This document shows, piece by piece, positions 34,626 through 45,891 of a stretch of 64,000 nt of DNA (the stretch's first letter is position 1; each line of letters starts with the position of its first letter). This DNA is from Rhodospirillales bacterium (GTDB lineage Bacteria; Pseudomonadota; Alphaproteobacteria; Bin95). Location: NCBI GenBank assembly GCA_038143065.1, contig JAYQLI010000035.1:1312894-1376893 (forward strand), in the 5' to 3' direction. Both the position numbers and the translations under genes were made by a program. The notes beneath the pieces are model-generated. The model saw nothing but the letters and a program-made list of their open reading frames with translations. It was not told where the DNA came from and did no database searches.

Positions 34626-35446
34626 TCAGATGTAAGGAGGCTTTGTATACCCCGCCGGTGAAAGGGTGAATATCTCACAGCCATTCTCTGTTACACCCAA
34701 AGAATGCTCGAACTGAGCCGACGGTGATCTATCGCGGGTTACCGCCGTCCATCCGTCTGCAAGGATTTTAGTGTCAGCGCGTCCTGCATTAACCATCGGC
34801 TCAATAGTAAAAAACATGCCTGGTTCTAAAACTGCGCCCTCTCCTGGCCTTCCATAATGCAGTACACTTGGTGGAGAATGAAAAACGAGGCCTAAACCGT
34901 GGCCACAAAAGTCGCGAACAACGGAAAATCTCTCTCCCTCAACGTATCTTTGGATAACGTTTCCTATATCTCCAAGAGTGGCTCCAGGTTTTACGGCAGC
35001 AATACCCCGCAGAAGCGCTTCATAAGTAACGTCTATTAACCGTTGAGCTTTCACACTTACATTGCCAACTGGATACATCCGACTTGCATCGCCATGCCAT
35101 CCATCCAAAATAACCGTGACGTCGATATTCAGAATATCACCTTCTGAAAGTCGCTTTGGGCCTGGAATTCCATGGCAAACAACATGATTTATGGATGTGC
35201 ATATTGATTTTGGGAATCCTCTATAATTAAGAGGTGCGGGTATGGCTCCTCTCGCGGTTATGAATTCATGTGCGAGATTATCCAACGCTTCTGTAGTCAC
35301 CCCGGTTGCACATGGTTAGTGATAAAATCCAAGGTTTCCGCGCATAAGCGGCCAGCGCGACGCATACCTTCAAAATCAGCGGCAGTGTGTAATGTAATTC
35401 GGTCCTTATTGACCCGTCGGGCAGTATTCGAATCAGATTTATTCAT
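34626..35446 (-). CDS. map: Type I methionine aminopeptidase; frameshift near 35302
   Basis: MRRAGRL, KSICTSINHVVCHGIP, NIDVT, GDASR, CGHGLG, FTIEPM, SAQFEH. Confidence 0.95.
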
Positions 35447-35472
35447 GTCTCTAAGTCTTATCTCCAAGGAGG

Positions 35473-36177
35473 TTACAGAATCGACAAGGGCAAACTTTTG
35501 CGCAGCACAATGCCCTCCAATGAGATATCACAATCATAACAAAAAGTTTCAACTCCTCGAGCTCGAGCATCACGAAATGCCAAACCGTAAGCAGGATCAA
35601 TATCATCAGCCAAGGAAAAAACCTCACAATCCATGCGCTGTACAATGTAAAGCATAACCGCTCGACTTCCAGCTTCCGAAACTTTCGCTAGCTCACCAAG
35701 GTGTTTTACGCCTCGCACTGTCTTGCTATCTGGGAATTCGGCACGCCCGTTACGCTTTAAATGGACATTCTTAACTTCCACATAACAGTCCTGACGATTT
35801 GCACTGGTCAACAGAAGGTCTATTCGTGAATTTTCACCATACTTGACCTCACGTCGACAATTTTCATAGCCGCTAAGTTCGGGGATTAGGCCACCCTGAA
35901 TTGCCTCCTCTGCAATGCGGTTGGGTCTACCTGTATCGATACCTACCAAACCTGTCTTAAGCTCTGTTAATTCCCAAGCATAAGGAAGTTTAGATTTTGG
36001 GTTTTTTGCAGGACGAAGCCAAATTTTATCCCCTTCATTTGCTAAACCCAGCATTGCTCCTGGATTAGGACAATGCGCTGTAAGCTGTAAGCCGGATGCA
36101 TCCAGAGATACGTCTGCAAGAAAACGCTTATAACGTCGAATTAAGGTGGCTGCTTCAAGCGGTTTTTCAAATTGCAA
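35473..36177 (-). CDS. sfsA: DNA/RNA nuclease SfsA
   Basis: RRYKRFLADV, AHCPNPG.M, SRIDLLL, YVEVKNV, FPD..T.RG.KHL. Confidence 0.95.
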   Translation of the reverse strand: MQFEKPLEAATLIRRYKRFLADVSLDASGLQLTAHCPNPGAMLGLANEGDKIWLRPAKNPKSKLPYAWELTELKTGLVGIDTGRPNRIAEEAIQGGLIPELSGYENCRREVKYGENSRIDLLLTSANRQDCYVEVKNVHLKRNGRAEFPDSKTVRGVKHLGELAKVSEAGSRAVMLYIVQRMDCEVFSLADDIDPAYGLAFRDARARGVETFCYDCDISLEGIVLRKSLPLSIL

Positions 36178-36265
36178 ATTAAAAATCCGGGTTAGAGTAA
36201 AGGGCTAGCGCTCTTAACATTCACGCACTAACCTTCCGAGAGATTGCATTAGGATTAACTCAAGC

Positions 36266-37036
36266 ATGACCGAACCTGCAACCACGGTAACCGCCGGCAT
36301 GGTCGTTATCGGCAACGAAATTCTATCTGGCAGGACGCAGGATCTAAATGTTGCGTTCGTTGGAACCGAGTTAAATGAACTTGGCATTCAACTTCTTGAG
36401 GTTCGAATTGTCCCCGACATCAAAGAAGAGATTGTAGCCGCAGTAAACTCGCTCAGAACTAAATTTGATTACGTCTTCACAACTGGTGGCATTGGTCCAA
36501 CCCATGATGATATTACCGCCGAATCAATAGCCGCAGCATTCGGAAAAGAGGCGGTTTACCACCCCACCTCATACGCCATCCTTGAAGCAACCATGAAACG
36601 CCGAAATATTGAATTTACAGAGGCAAGAAAACGTATGGCACTCGTTCCAGAAGGTGGCGAGGTGATCGAGAACGATCTTGGAGTTGCTCCGGGGTTTGTG
36701 ATGGAAAATGTTTATGTGATGGCAGGCGTACCTCAGGTTGCTAAATCCATGTTTAAAGCAGCCGCCCCTCACCTTCGGCGAGGACAAACCAAGCGGACTC
36801 GTTCTATTGCAACACCCCTCCCAGAAGGGACGATCGCTGCCCGCCTAGAAGCCATTCAAAAAAATTACCCCGATGCGGATATAGGAAGCTATCCCTTTTA
36901 CAACACCCCTGGTGGGCACGGAACCACATTGGTTGTTCGTAGCTTTCATGAAGAAGATCTGGTCGGCGCAGGTGATGGGATTCTAAAAATGATAGCTGAC
37001 CTTAATGGCGAGGCACTATCAGATGAGAGAAGCTAA
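36266..37036 (+). CDS. CinA-like molybdopterin-binding domain protein
   Basis: IGNEILSG, TTGGIGPTHDDIT, MAGVP, IGSYP. Confidence 0.88.
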   Translation: MTEPATTVTAGMVVIGNEILSGRTQDLNVAFVGTELNELGIQLLEVRIVPDIKEEIVAAVNSLRTKFDYVFTTGGIGPTHDDITAESIAAAFGKEAVYHPTSYAILEATMKRRNIEFTEARKRMALVPEGGEVIENDLGVAPGFVMENVYVMAGVPQVAKSMFKAAAPHLRRGQTKRTRSIATPLPEGTIAARLEAIQKNYPDADIGSYPFYNTPGGHGTTLVVRSFHEEDLVGAGDGILKMIADLNGEALSDERS

Positions 37037-37053
37037 GTAACCGAGGAAGACAT

Positions 37054-37995
37054 ATGCCAGTTCATCCACAGATAGCAAAAGCCTTAGAAGCACTAGCTAA
37101 AGCTAATCTTCCTGCAATTGAGGACCTTTCTGCAGAAGCCGCTCGATCGCAGATGGACCAAATGTCCAAAGCACGCGGAGGTGAGCCAACTCCCTTACCT
37201 AAAATAGAGGACAGAACAATTCCTGGCCCCGCCGGCAATATTCCTATACGGATCTACTGGCCAGAGGGTGACCAGCCTCAACCAATAGTGATTTATTTTC
37301 ATGGCGGCGGTCACGTTATTGGCAGCCTTGATACCCATGATAAAGTTGCAAGAAATTTAGCATTTCAATCGGGTGCAATTTTTATTTCAGTTGATTACAG
37401 AATGGGACCAGAGCACAAGTTTCCAGCTGCGGTCGAAGACAGTTGGGCAGCCTTAATGTGGGCTTATAAGCATGCAGCAGAAATTGGTGGTGACCCTAAA
37501 AAGATAGCTGTTTCTGGAGATAGTGCTGGCGGCAATTTAGCTGGAGTAATGGCTCTCATGGCCCGCGATGCTGGCGAGCCAAAATTAAGTTTACAGTCGC
37601 TGGTTTATCCAGTTGGAGACTACACACTTTCGTCCGAAAGTTACCAAACCTATGGAAAAGGTTTTGGGATTTTAACAGATGACGCAATGAAATGGTTTCA
37701 GAAACACTATCTAAATTCATCAGAAGATGCTGAGGATTGGCGAGCCTCTCCATTAAAAGCAAAAAGTTTTGCTGGCACAGCACCAGCAATAATCATCGCT
37801 GCAGAATGCGATGTTCTCGTTGACGATGGAAAGGCATACGCCGATCGCCTCAAGGCTGATGGCGTGAAAGTCGATTACAGACTCTACGAAGGCATGATTC
37901 ATGCATTTTTTGGAATGGCTCCAGACATAGATGGCGCTGTTCAAGCACAAATTGATGTTTCGGAGGCTCTCAAAGAAGCATTCCGGGGAGACTGA
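37054..37995 (+). CDS. HSL-family (alpha/beta hydrolase) esterase
   Basis: HGGG, GDSAGG, ECD.L.D, GMIHAF. Confidence 0.92.
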   Translation: MPVHPQIAKALEALAKANLPAIEDLSAEAARSQMDQMSKARGGEPTPLPKIEDRTIPGPAGNIPIRIYWPEGDQPQPIVIYFHGGGHVIGSLDTHDKVARNLAFQSGAIFISVDYRMGPEHKFPAAVEDSWAALMWAYKHAAEIGGDPKKIAVSGDSAGGNLAGVMALMARDAGEPKLSLQSLVYPVGDYTLSSESYQTYGKGFGILTDDAMKWFQKHYLNSSEDAEDWRASPLKAKSFAGTAPAIIIAAECDVLVDDGKAYADRLKADGVKVDYRLYEGMIHAFFGMAPDIDGAVQAQIDVSEALKEAFRGD

Positions 37996-37996
37996 T

Positions 37997-39151
37997 ATGG
38001 GAAATACTCTCAATGGTAAGACAGCGGTATCTGGCATAGGCGAGACAGTCTACTCCCGCGGAACCGACAAAAGCTCGATAGGTCTAATGCTAGAGGCGTC
38101 TCTGAAAGCAATAGCAGACGCAGGCCTTCAACCAAGAGACGTTGATGGCGTGATACCATATGCTTTAGGCCCGGTAGCTGAAGAAATAATGACCGGACTT
38201 GGTCTGGATGATGTCAAATTTTCAGCTCAAACCCCGATGGGTGGGGCGAGTGCCGTCGCAGCATTACAGGCAGCCACTATGGCTATTTCAGCAGGCGTTT
38301 GTCGTCATGTATTGCTTGTTTTAGGGAGGCGCGGCTATTCAGACAGCCGGGTAGCAACGCGACTGGCAGCAATGCCGCAATTCAGACTTGTGGGCGAATT
38401 TGAAAACCCAGTTGGAGCTATAGCCCCGGCGCAACTTTACGCTCCAATGGCTCGCCGTCATATGGAAATGTTTGGAACAACAACAGATCAATTTGCGGAA
38501 ATTGCTTTAGCAATGCGAGAGCATGCAATGCTCAATGACAATGCGATTATGCAAAAGCCCCTTACGCTAGATGATTATTATACTGCTCGTATGATCTCCG
38601 ATCCATTCCGCTTGTTTGATTGTAGTTTGGAGAGTGACGGCGCATGTGCGGTTATTGTAAGTGATGCCAATATTGCCAAAGATACCCGTGCTCCAGTAAC
38701 AATTCTTGGTGTCGCAGAAGGGCACCCAACCTCTCCCTCAACCATCACTCAACGCAAAGATATGACCACACTGGGTCTCGCAAGTGCCGCTCCGAGGGCA
38801 TTTGAAATGGCGGGCGTAAAACATCAAGATATCGACGTGGCGCAGATTTACGATTGCTTTACTTACACGGTAATTTGTGAACTTGAAGATTTAGGTTTTT
38901 GTAAGAAGGGCGAGGGCGGTCAATTCGTGGAAGGTGGACGTATTCGCCTTGGGGGCGAACTACCAGTAAACACCCATGGAGGTCTTTTATCACAAGCACA
39001 TATTGCTGGAATGAACCATGTTTATGAGTTGGTTCGTCAATTAAGGGGAGAAGGTGGCCGAGCCCAGGTGAAGGATGCCAAAATAGGATTGGTCACTGGA
39101 TATGGTGACCTTGGTGATGGATCGATTGCAATTATGCAAGGGGTTGCTTGA
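37997..39151 (+). CDS. Thiolase-superfamily protein, SCP-x/Ltp2-like
   Basis: GIGET, DCSLESDGA, QIYDCFT, NTHGGLLS; PMGGAS at the usual nucleophile-Cys position. Confidence 0.85.
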   Translation: MGNTLNGKTAVSGIGETVYSRGTDKSSIGLMLEASLKAIADAGLQPRDVDGVIPYALGPVAEEIMTGLGLDDVKFSAQTPMGGASAVAALQAATMAISAGVCRHVLLVLGRRGYSDSRVATRLAAMPQFRLVGEFENPVGAIAPAQLYAPMARRHMEMFGTTTDQFAEIALAMREHAMLNDNAIMQKPLTLDDYYTARMISDPFRLFDCSLESDGACAVIVSDANIAKDTRAPVTILGVAEGHPTSPSTITQRKDMTTLGLASAAPRAFEMAGVKHQDIDVAQIYDCFTYTVICELEDLGFCKKGEGGQFVEGGRIRLGGELPVNTHGGLLSQAHIAGMNHVYELVRQLRGEGGRAQVKDAKIGLVTGYGDLGDGSIAIMQGVA

Positions 39152-39561
39152 TGTCAGAAAATTATACAAAGCCAATCCCAGAACCCAGCATCGACTCTCA
39201 ACCTTTTTGGGATGCTCTAAACGAAGGCCACTTAGTATTTCAAGCCTGCGGTGATTGCGGAAAACTTCGACATTACCCAAGGCCGATATGCGACGAATGC
39301 TATTCCGATCATGTGGAATGGAAGACATCTAACGGTAAAGGCGTAATCTACAGTTGGACAGAAACCCACCATCCGTTTCACATTGGGTTTAGGGGTGAAA
39401 CACCATACATCCTAGTCACAGCCGAATTTGATGGCGGAGTGAGAATGCAAACTCAATTACTTGGTGCCAAGGTCGAAGATCTGAAGATTGGAATGCATGT
39501 TGAAGTCGTGCTGACTAAAGCTACCGAAGAGCTGACCCTGCCACTGCTCCGACTAGCATGA
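39148..39561 (+). CDS. DUF35 Zn-ribbon/OB-fold protein
   Basis: PFW, C-GD-C..YPR..C-DE-C, G.IYSWT; overlaps the thiolase-like gene's stop. Confidence 0.9.
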   Translation: MMSENYTKPIPEPSIDSQPFWDALNEGHLVFQACGDCGKLRHYPRPICDECYSDHVEWKTSNGKGVIYSWTETHHPFHIGFRGETPYILVTAEFDGGVRMQTQLLGAKVEDLKIGMHVEVVLTKATEELTLPLLRLA

Positions 39562-39600
39562 CGCAGTGGCGCTTGGAGCAGCAAATTACTCAACCGATCG

Positions 39601-40173
39601 CTAGCCAAAAATGCGGCCTGCCCGCTTCAAGTTTTTGTCCAACACACTCATAGTCACTGATAAATCTTCGCTTTCATCTCGAATGAATTCTTTGACTGTA
39701 ACTATGTAAACAGCAAGCAATGCTTTCGCACGCAAAACCCCAATCGGACCATCGGCCGGGATCCCCGACACGCGCAACATCCACTTGGCTGAGGATAACA
39801 TTTTGATCCCAGTCAGGATCGTTGTATCAATTTCAGTAGCCATGCCCATTGTCATCGACCTCAGAGCAGGCCTATGAGGTTTCATCGCCTCTAATCGACG
39901 CATAACAGCATCAAACAAACGATCTCGTCGAGATTCTTCAGCCAGCGAAGGATCGTCTCCACTAAGTACGGCCCTGTCAAAACGCTCTATAATCTATGAC
40001 ACTAACTCAGCACGGCAAGGAGCCACGGAATAGGCTTCTAAAAGAGATAAGTCTGCGGCTTTTGCAATCTCTTCCATATTAACGCGGGGCCAAGGCTTAC
40101 TGGCCGCGAGCTCAAGCGCCGCATCAACCAACTTGTCTTCTGGCGATTTTTTAATTGTAGTTTTGCGCGCCAT
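39601..40173 (-). CDS. TetR/AcrR-like regulator interrupted by an in-frame TAG at 39994-39996
   Basis: GAGGAGG RBS; MARK...LVDAALELAA...EIAKAA HTH, stop at codon 60, frame continues RDRLFDAVMRR to 39601. Confidence 0.75.
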
Positions 40174-40254
40174 CTAAACCTCCTCAAACTTCTACACAGA
40201 AGATTTTTGCATTACTTAGAAGATATAGTCTTTCCTAATAGAGAAGCCACTATC

Positions 40255-40647
40255 GTGAAAACTAATTCGCCTATTTTCAATATTTTGAATATCGACCATG
40301 TCGTAGTCCTGTCGCATAACGTGAAGAAATCACTGCAATTTTATTGTGATGTGCTAGGGATGGCAGAAGTTAGAAGAGTAGAGACTGTTGGCTTAATCCA
40401 ACTGCGCGCTGGTGTCTCTATGATCGACATTTTACCTGCACAACCTAATGATAATGGGCGGAACATTGATCACTTTGCCCTTCGGATAGATCCCTGGGAA
40501 CCAGAGAAAATAATAAGCCACCTGAAATCTGCAGGGTATACTCCTGGTCCTCCGGCTCTTCGCGTAGGGGCAGAGGGAAATGGATGGTCAATCTACGTCC
40601 AAGACCCGGATGGAATTACCGTCGAACTCAAAGGACCGCCTATTTAG
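40255..40647 (+). CDS. VOC/glyoxalase family protein (start approximate)
   Basis: IDHVV, FYCDVLGM, DHFAL, GAEG...SIY..DPDG..VELK. Confidence 0.88.
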   Translation: MKTNSPIFNILNIDHVVVLSHNVKKSLQFYCDVLGMAEVRRVETVGLIQLRAGVSMIDILPAQPNDNGRNIDHFALRIDPWEPEKIISHLKSAGYTPGPPALRVGAEGNGWSIYVQDPDGITVELKGPPI

Positions 40648-40714
40648 AAGCCAGCCGTTGACCAGGATCAACACCAGCGGCAAAGTTTCTGAAAACTTAA
40701 AGGAAAAAGTTCTT

Positions 40715-41113
40715 ATGCCTAAGCTAAGACATATTGCGATCACCGCCCCCAATTTAGAGGAGACAGCAGTCTTCTACGAAAAGACGTTCCATATGACCCG
40801 TGCAATGGAATCAGATATTGCAATACTTTTGACCGATGGCGTGATGAGCCTCGCAATATTGAAGTTTAAAACTGATCAACAGGCAGGCGATGAACGGGGC
40901 AAAGACTTCCATGGCCTTCATCACATTGGTTTTGTCGATGATGATCTTGAAGGGATGACAAAGACAATCGAAACTAACGGTGGCAGTTACCACATGCGGC
41001 TACCAGACTCTCCTGAAGGAGCAACCGAGGTTAAATTCCGCGATCCAAATGGCGTTGTTTTCGACATAGTCGATACTGGCTATGCAAGTAGAGCATGGGG
41101 TTTAAAGACGTAA
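40715..41113 (+). CDS. VOC/glyoxalase family protein
   Basis: LRHIAI, FYE..F, GLHHIGF, E.KFRDPNG..FDI. Confidence 0.88.
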   Translation: MPKLRHIAITAPNLEETAVFYEKTFHMTRAMESDIAILLTDGVMSLAILKFKTDQQAGDERGKDFHGLHHIGFVDDDLEGMTKTIETNGGSYHMRLPDSPEGATEVKFRDPNGVVFDIVDTGYASRAWGLKT

Positions 41114-41167
41114 AAAAATCACCCACATAAACAACATCTCAATAATGTTTTAGGCAAATACAGTTCT

Positions 41168-42641
41168 ATGAATGACACGCCAATTACTGGCCTAAGGTTT
41201 GGGTTTGATAACTCCTATGCTGCTAGCCTGGACGGTTTCTATACTCCCTGGCAAGCCGACAGGGCTCCAAACCCAACACTCATTCATTTCAATAAAAAGT
41301 TGGCATTAGACCTTGGTCTTGATCCAAATATATTAGCAGCGGAACGTGGGGCTGCAATATTTTCTGGCAATTTAATACCAACCGATGCCTCGCCAATAGC
41401 GCAGGTGTATGCCGGTCACCAATTTGGCGCTTTTTCTCCGCAACTAGGTGATGGCCGAGCTTTGCTGTTAGGCGAGCTGGTGGATAGTGAAGGAACACGA
41501 CGAGACATTCAGCTGAAAGGCTCTGGAAGAACCCCTTACTCTCGTGGAGGGGATGGCAAAGGCAGCCATGGGGCCAGTTTTACGAGAGTATCTTATTGCT
41601 GAAGCAATGCATTCACTCGGAGTACCTACGACCCGAGCATTAGCCGCAGTCACTACAGGGGAGTTGATATATCGGGAAAAACCTCTTCCTGGTGCAATAC
41701 TCACCCGTGTCGCAAAAAGTCACATTCGAGTTGGTACATTTCAATTTTTTGCAGCAAGGGGTGAACATGAACGTGTTCGCCAACTAGCAGACTATGTAAT
41801 TCAGCGCCATTATCCAGATATAACTACAAAACCTGAGCCATACCTGGAACTTTTTCGTGCCATCGCCAATCGCCAAGCAAAACTAATAGCTAAGTGGATG
41901 GGCATAGGTTTTATTCATGGAGTTATGAATACCGATAATATGGCGATATCCGGAGAAACTATTGATTACGGCCCCTGCGCCTTTATGGATACTTTTGCCC
42001 CCAACACGTTCTTCAGCTCAATTGATTCTCAAGGTCGTTATGCTTACGGAGCGCAACCATCGATTGCACAGTGGAATCTGACTCGATTTGCTGAGACCTT
42101 GATTTCAATCATTGATAGCGATCAAGACAAGGCTATTGGAAAATTGACGGAAGAAGTCAAAAATTTTCGAACAACTTATTTGGATTATTGGTTGCAGGAA
42201 ATGCGTGGCAAGCTTGGACTTCAAACAGAACAGTCCGGCGACTTGGATCTTATAACAGATCTATTTCAACTTATGGCTGATCAAAAGGCCGACTTTACTT
42301 TGACGTTTAGAAGTTTGGCGAACCTTGCTACAGACAATACCGGAGATGAAAATACAGTTTTAACCCCGTGGCTGCCACGCTGGCTGCAGCGCTTATCAGT
42401 GGAAGGAAGAAATCCTTCAGAAATCACACAACATCTTCTTGGGATTAATCCAGCTTACATTCCAAGAAACCACAAGGTCGAAGAGGCGCTAGAGAAAGCG
42501 ACTAACGAAAACGACCTAGTCCCATTCTTTAATCTTCTTGATGTTGTTACCGAACCTTACAATGAGAAACCCGACCTCAAAGCGTACTTGGAACCCGCCC
42601 CACCGGAATCAGCTCCCTACAGAACCTTTTGCGGCACTTAA
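41168..42641 (+). CDS. selO: Protein adenylyltransferase SelO (YdiU); frameshift near 41559
   Basis: YAGHQFG, LGDGRA, QLKGSG.TPYSR.GDG, HGVMNTDN, IDYGPC, C-terminal TFCGT. Confidence 0.93.
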
Positions 42642-42645
42642 ATAA

Positions 42646-43616
42646 TTACCAGCGAACTAGTGATGCACCCCAGGTAAAACCACCGCCCATTGCCTCTAAA
42701 AGAAGCAGGTCTCCTCGTTTGATGCGACCATCTTTTAGGGCCTCATCCAGTGCTAATGGCACAGATGCCGCCGATGTATTCGCGTGCCTATCAACCGTTA
42801 CAATCACCTTTTCTTCAGGCATCTTTAATTTTTTACCTGCCCCGTTGATGATACGCAGGTTGGCCTGATGTGGAACCAGCCAATCAATTGCATCCGCAGA
42901 AAGACCATTTGCATCAAGCGCTTCTAACACCACACTGGATAAATTTGCGACAGCATGTTTAAAAACTTCACGGCCCTGCATTCGCAAATAACCAACTGTT
43001 TGAGTGGACGAAGGCCCACCATCAACATACAGCATATCTTTATAACGACCGTCAGAATGCAAATGCGTTGATAGGATGCCGCGGTCTTCAGCCCCTCCCC
43101 TTCACCTGCTTGCAAAACTAAGGCGCCGGCACCATCTCCAAAAAGAACGCATGTTGTCCGGTCTTCCCAATCGAGAATACGCGAGAAAGTTTCAGCGCCA
43201 ATTACTAGCGCATTCTTAGCCTGACCTGCACGAATGAAATTATCTGCAGTAGCCAGCGCGTATATGAACCCAGAACACACTGCCTGCACATCAAATGCAG
43301 CCCCCTGCTCCATTCCGATTGCCGCTTGAACAGTGGTTGCCGTGGATGGAAATGTATTATCTGGTGTTGCTGTTGCTAACACGATTAAGTCAACTTCTTT
43401 CCCTTCAATTCCAGCATCAGCGAGCGCAAGATTTGCTGCAGCGATCGCAAGATCAGAGGTTTTTTCTCCATCTGCAGCCATATATCGCTGTTTAATCCCT
43501 GTGCGAGCTTGAATCCACTCATCAGACGTATCTACCAACGCAGCTAGATCTGCGTTAGTGACCACCTTCTCTGGAAGATAAGCGCCTGAGCCAATTGCTA
43601 TTGATCGTGGTGCCAT
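42646..43616 (-). CDS. fabH: 3-oxoacyl-ACP synthase III; frameshift near 43092
   Basis: [43 protein letters not shown]. Confidence 0.95.
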
Positions 43617-43632
43617 AAAACCCGCCAAATTT

Positions 43633-44687
43633 TCACAAAGATTCCGATCCGCTTCGGAGGTCGCCGGTCTGCAACCGCTCGAACTCGGCTCGCACGCTCC
43701 CAAGAAAGCCATATCTCGACATGTCTACCGCGACCCCAACAGCATTTGCGAACCCAAATGCGTCTGAGCCACCGTGACTCTTTACCGCCACACCATTCAA
43801 ACCCAGGAACACTGCGCCGTTATATTTTCTTGGATCCAGATGGTTGCGCAGCCTTTTAGCGCGGGCCTAGCGAACAGATAGCCAATTGCTGCCATAGGAG
43901 ATGATCTAAAGGTTCGTCGCATGAAATACCCAAATAAACGGGCTGTTCCTTCAGCAGTTTTTAAAGCTACGTTTCCGGAAAATCCATCGGTTACCACAAC
44001 GTCGACCTTACCACTTATTATATCATCACCCTCGATAAACCCCTCAAATTTGAGAGGAAGCTGTCCCTCTAAATCGCGGAGCATTGCAGCAGCTGCCTTT
44101 ATTTGGTCCGATCCTTTAAGTTCCTCGGCACCAACATTTAAAAGCCCGACTGTAGGAGTTTCGATAGCCAATGATGCTCGGGCAAATAACGCTCCTAAAA
44201 TTGCAAACTGGAAGAGGTTATCTGCGTCACACTCAAGGTTTGCTCCTAGGTCAAGCATCACCGTCTCACCTTTAGAAGTCGGCAATATACTTGCCATCGC
44301 TGGTCTATCGATACCTGTCGGCGTTCGAAGCAAGAACTTTGAAATAGCCATTAAGGCGCCAGTATTTCCTGCAGATACAGCAGCTTGGGCCTCTCCTTGC
44401 TTTACAGCTTCCAAAGCGCTCCACATGCTACTACCCTTGCCATTGCGAAGCGCCTGCGATGGCTTAGCGTCTGCTGAAATTACGGACGAAGCCTCTCGCA
44501 GCTCTACTGCTTTAGACAAAACCTTATCCTTGGCAACAAGCTTTGTTAGTGTCTCACCCGCGCCAAAAACTAAAAAACGAACATCAGGAAACCGCTCAAG
44601 CGCAATGGCAGCCCCGCGAATAACAATTTCCGGAGCTTTATCACCACCCATTGCATCTAGGGCTATCGTTGGCCCATTAGCTACCAT
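43633..44687 (-). CDS. plsX: Phosphate acyltransferase PlsX; frameshift near 43856
   Basis: [27 protein letters not shown]; shifted frame gives [19 protein letters not shown]. Confidence 0.95.
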
Positions 44688-44797
44688 CAGTTTTTCCAAA
44701 AAGTTTCCGAGAAAGAAATTCTAAACATCAAATGAATCGCTACAAGCTTCAATGTAGCGGGAACAGCGTCTCAACGCACATAAATTAATCAATTAAC

Positions 44798-45325
44798 TTA
44801 TTTCGCCTTTTTTTGAGCAAGCAAAGCATCAAGGCCTGCAAAAGGCCTTTGTGTTTTGGCGGTAGTCTCATCACCAGCAGCTAATGGAGCATCTGGAGCA
44901 CGGGGGTAAGGGTTAAGAGCCAAGACAAGATGCTGCAATGCTAACTCACCTATATCGAAGCTATCTTGTTCTAAGAGGGTAACCTCATACTCATCCGGAT
45001 CGATAAGTAGATGTTCACTTTGGTCGGTGGCTTGCTCTGGGGACGTGGTAAAATATTCGTCAAAAACGCCCTCTGTAGTTTCAATGAAATTTTCAAGCGT
45101 AACAATGCAAGAGCGCTCTGCGATCAGTTTAATGTTTCCCGAAACCTGATAGATATCTCCGATGATCGTTCTCTGAAGTTGTGCATCCAGCGCCAGAGAA
45201 AAAATTTTACTAATGCCCAAACGGGTTTTAATTTCTGATAGCTCTTGCCCCGAGGCTTCATGCCTGATCTGCACTGGCTCTGCCGCAGCAAGTCCTAGTG
45301 ATACTAGCAAAGGCAATTCATTCAT
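44798..45325 (-). CDS. YceD/DUF177 family protein
   Basis: CIVTLE, DIGE...L.L.LNPYPR, RPFAGL..L; upstream of plsX. Confidence 0.85.
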   Translation of the reverse strand: MNELPLLVSLGLAAAEPVQIRHEASGQELSEIKTRLGISKIFSLALDAQLQRTIIGDIYQVSGNIKLIAERSCIVTLENFIETTEGVFDEYFTTSPEQATDQSEHLLIDPDEYEVTLLEQDSFDIGELALQHLVLALNPYPRAPDAPLAAGDETTAKTQRPFAGLDALLAQKKAK

Positions 45326-45861
45326 GTTCTAGCCTTTCCAGACAACAAGCCCTGATCATCAACCGCCTCCCATGCCGATCCTATTTGGCGCACTTCGTGG
45401 GCTGCAGAGTCAACAATTCCAACACTCTCTGGCAAACCTTCCTTATAAAGATTTCGTTCGAGGACCTCCTTGATAGCGTCGTTTGAGATATCCGACGAGA
45501 AAATTACGCGGTAGGCAGCAATTCTGCCATACAAACGTTCGGTTAAAGCCTGCACTCTTCTTCCGACTCCAAGATCTCCCGCACCCAAGTCTCGCAGACT
45601 GGCATCCATATCGGCAACAAAAGCCTCAGCAACTCGCCGACGAAGCGCCTGTACATCTTCACAGCCTTGTTCTAACCGCAACCACAGAGCTGCTAGTTCA
45701 AGAGCTAAAGCTTCAAATCGTGCTTCTGATGTTTCTGGCAGACCTAGTAGACGTAGCTGATCAGCTGATGTTGCTTTCAGAGCAGTATCCCGATAGAGCT
45801 GCCAAGCAATATCACTCTTACGCGTAACTCGTGCTTCCCACCAAGCTTTAATGCTTTTCAT
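45322..45861 (-). CDS. Ubiquinol-cytochrome c chaperone (Cbp3 family)
   Basis: RFE.L.L, DMD.SLR..G.GD..V, YGR..AY, L.RNLY; conserved position next to bamE. Confidence 0.85.
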   Translation of the reverse strand: MKSIKAWWEARVTRKSDIAWQLYRDTALKATSADQLRLLGLPETSEARFEALALELAALWLRLEQGCEDVQALRRRVAEAFVADMDASLRDLGAGDLGVGRRVQALTERLYGRIAAYRVIFSSDISNDAIKEVLERNLYKEGLPESVGIVDSAAHEVRQIGSAWEAVDDQGLLSGKART

Positions 45862-45891
45862 TGCTCGATACTCACTCCTCGAGTATGGAAT

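Noticed and set aside
39994-39996. Pyrrolysine or genome-wide TAG recoding
   Set aside because: Single instance; TAG terminates other genes normally; no pyl genes or suppressor tRNA in the window
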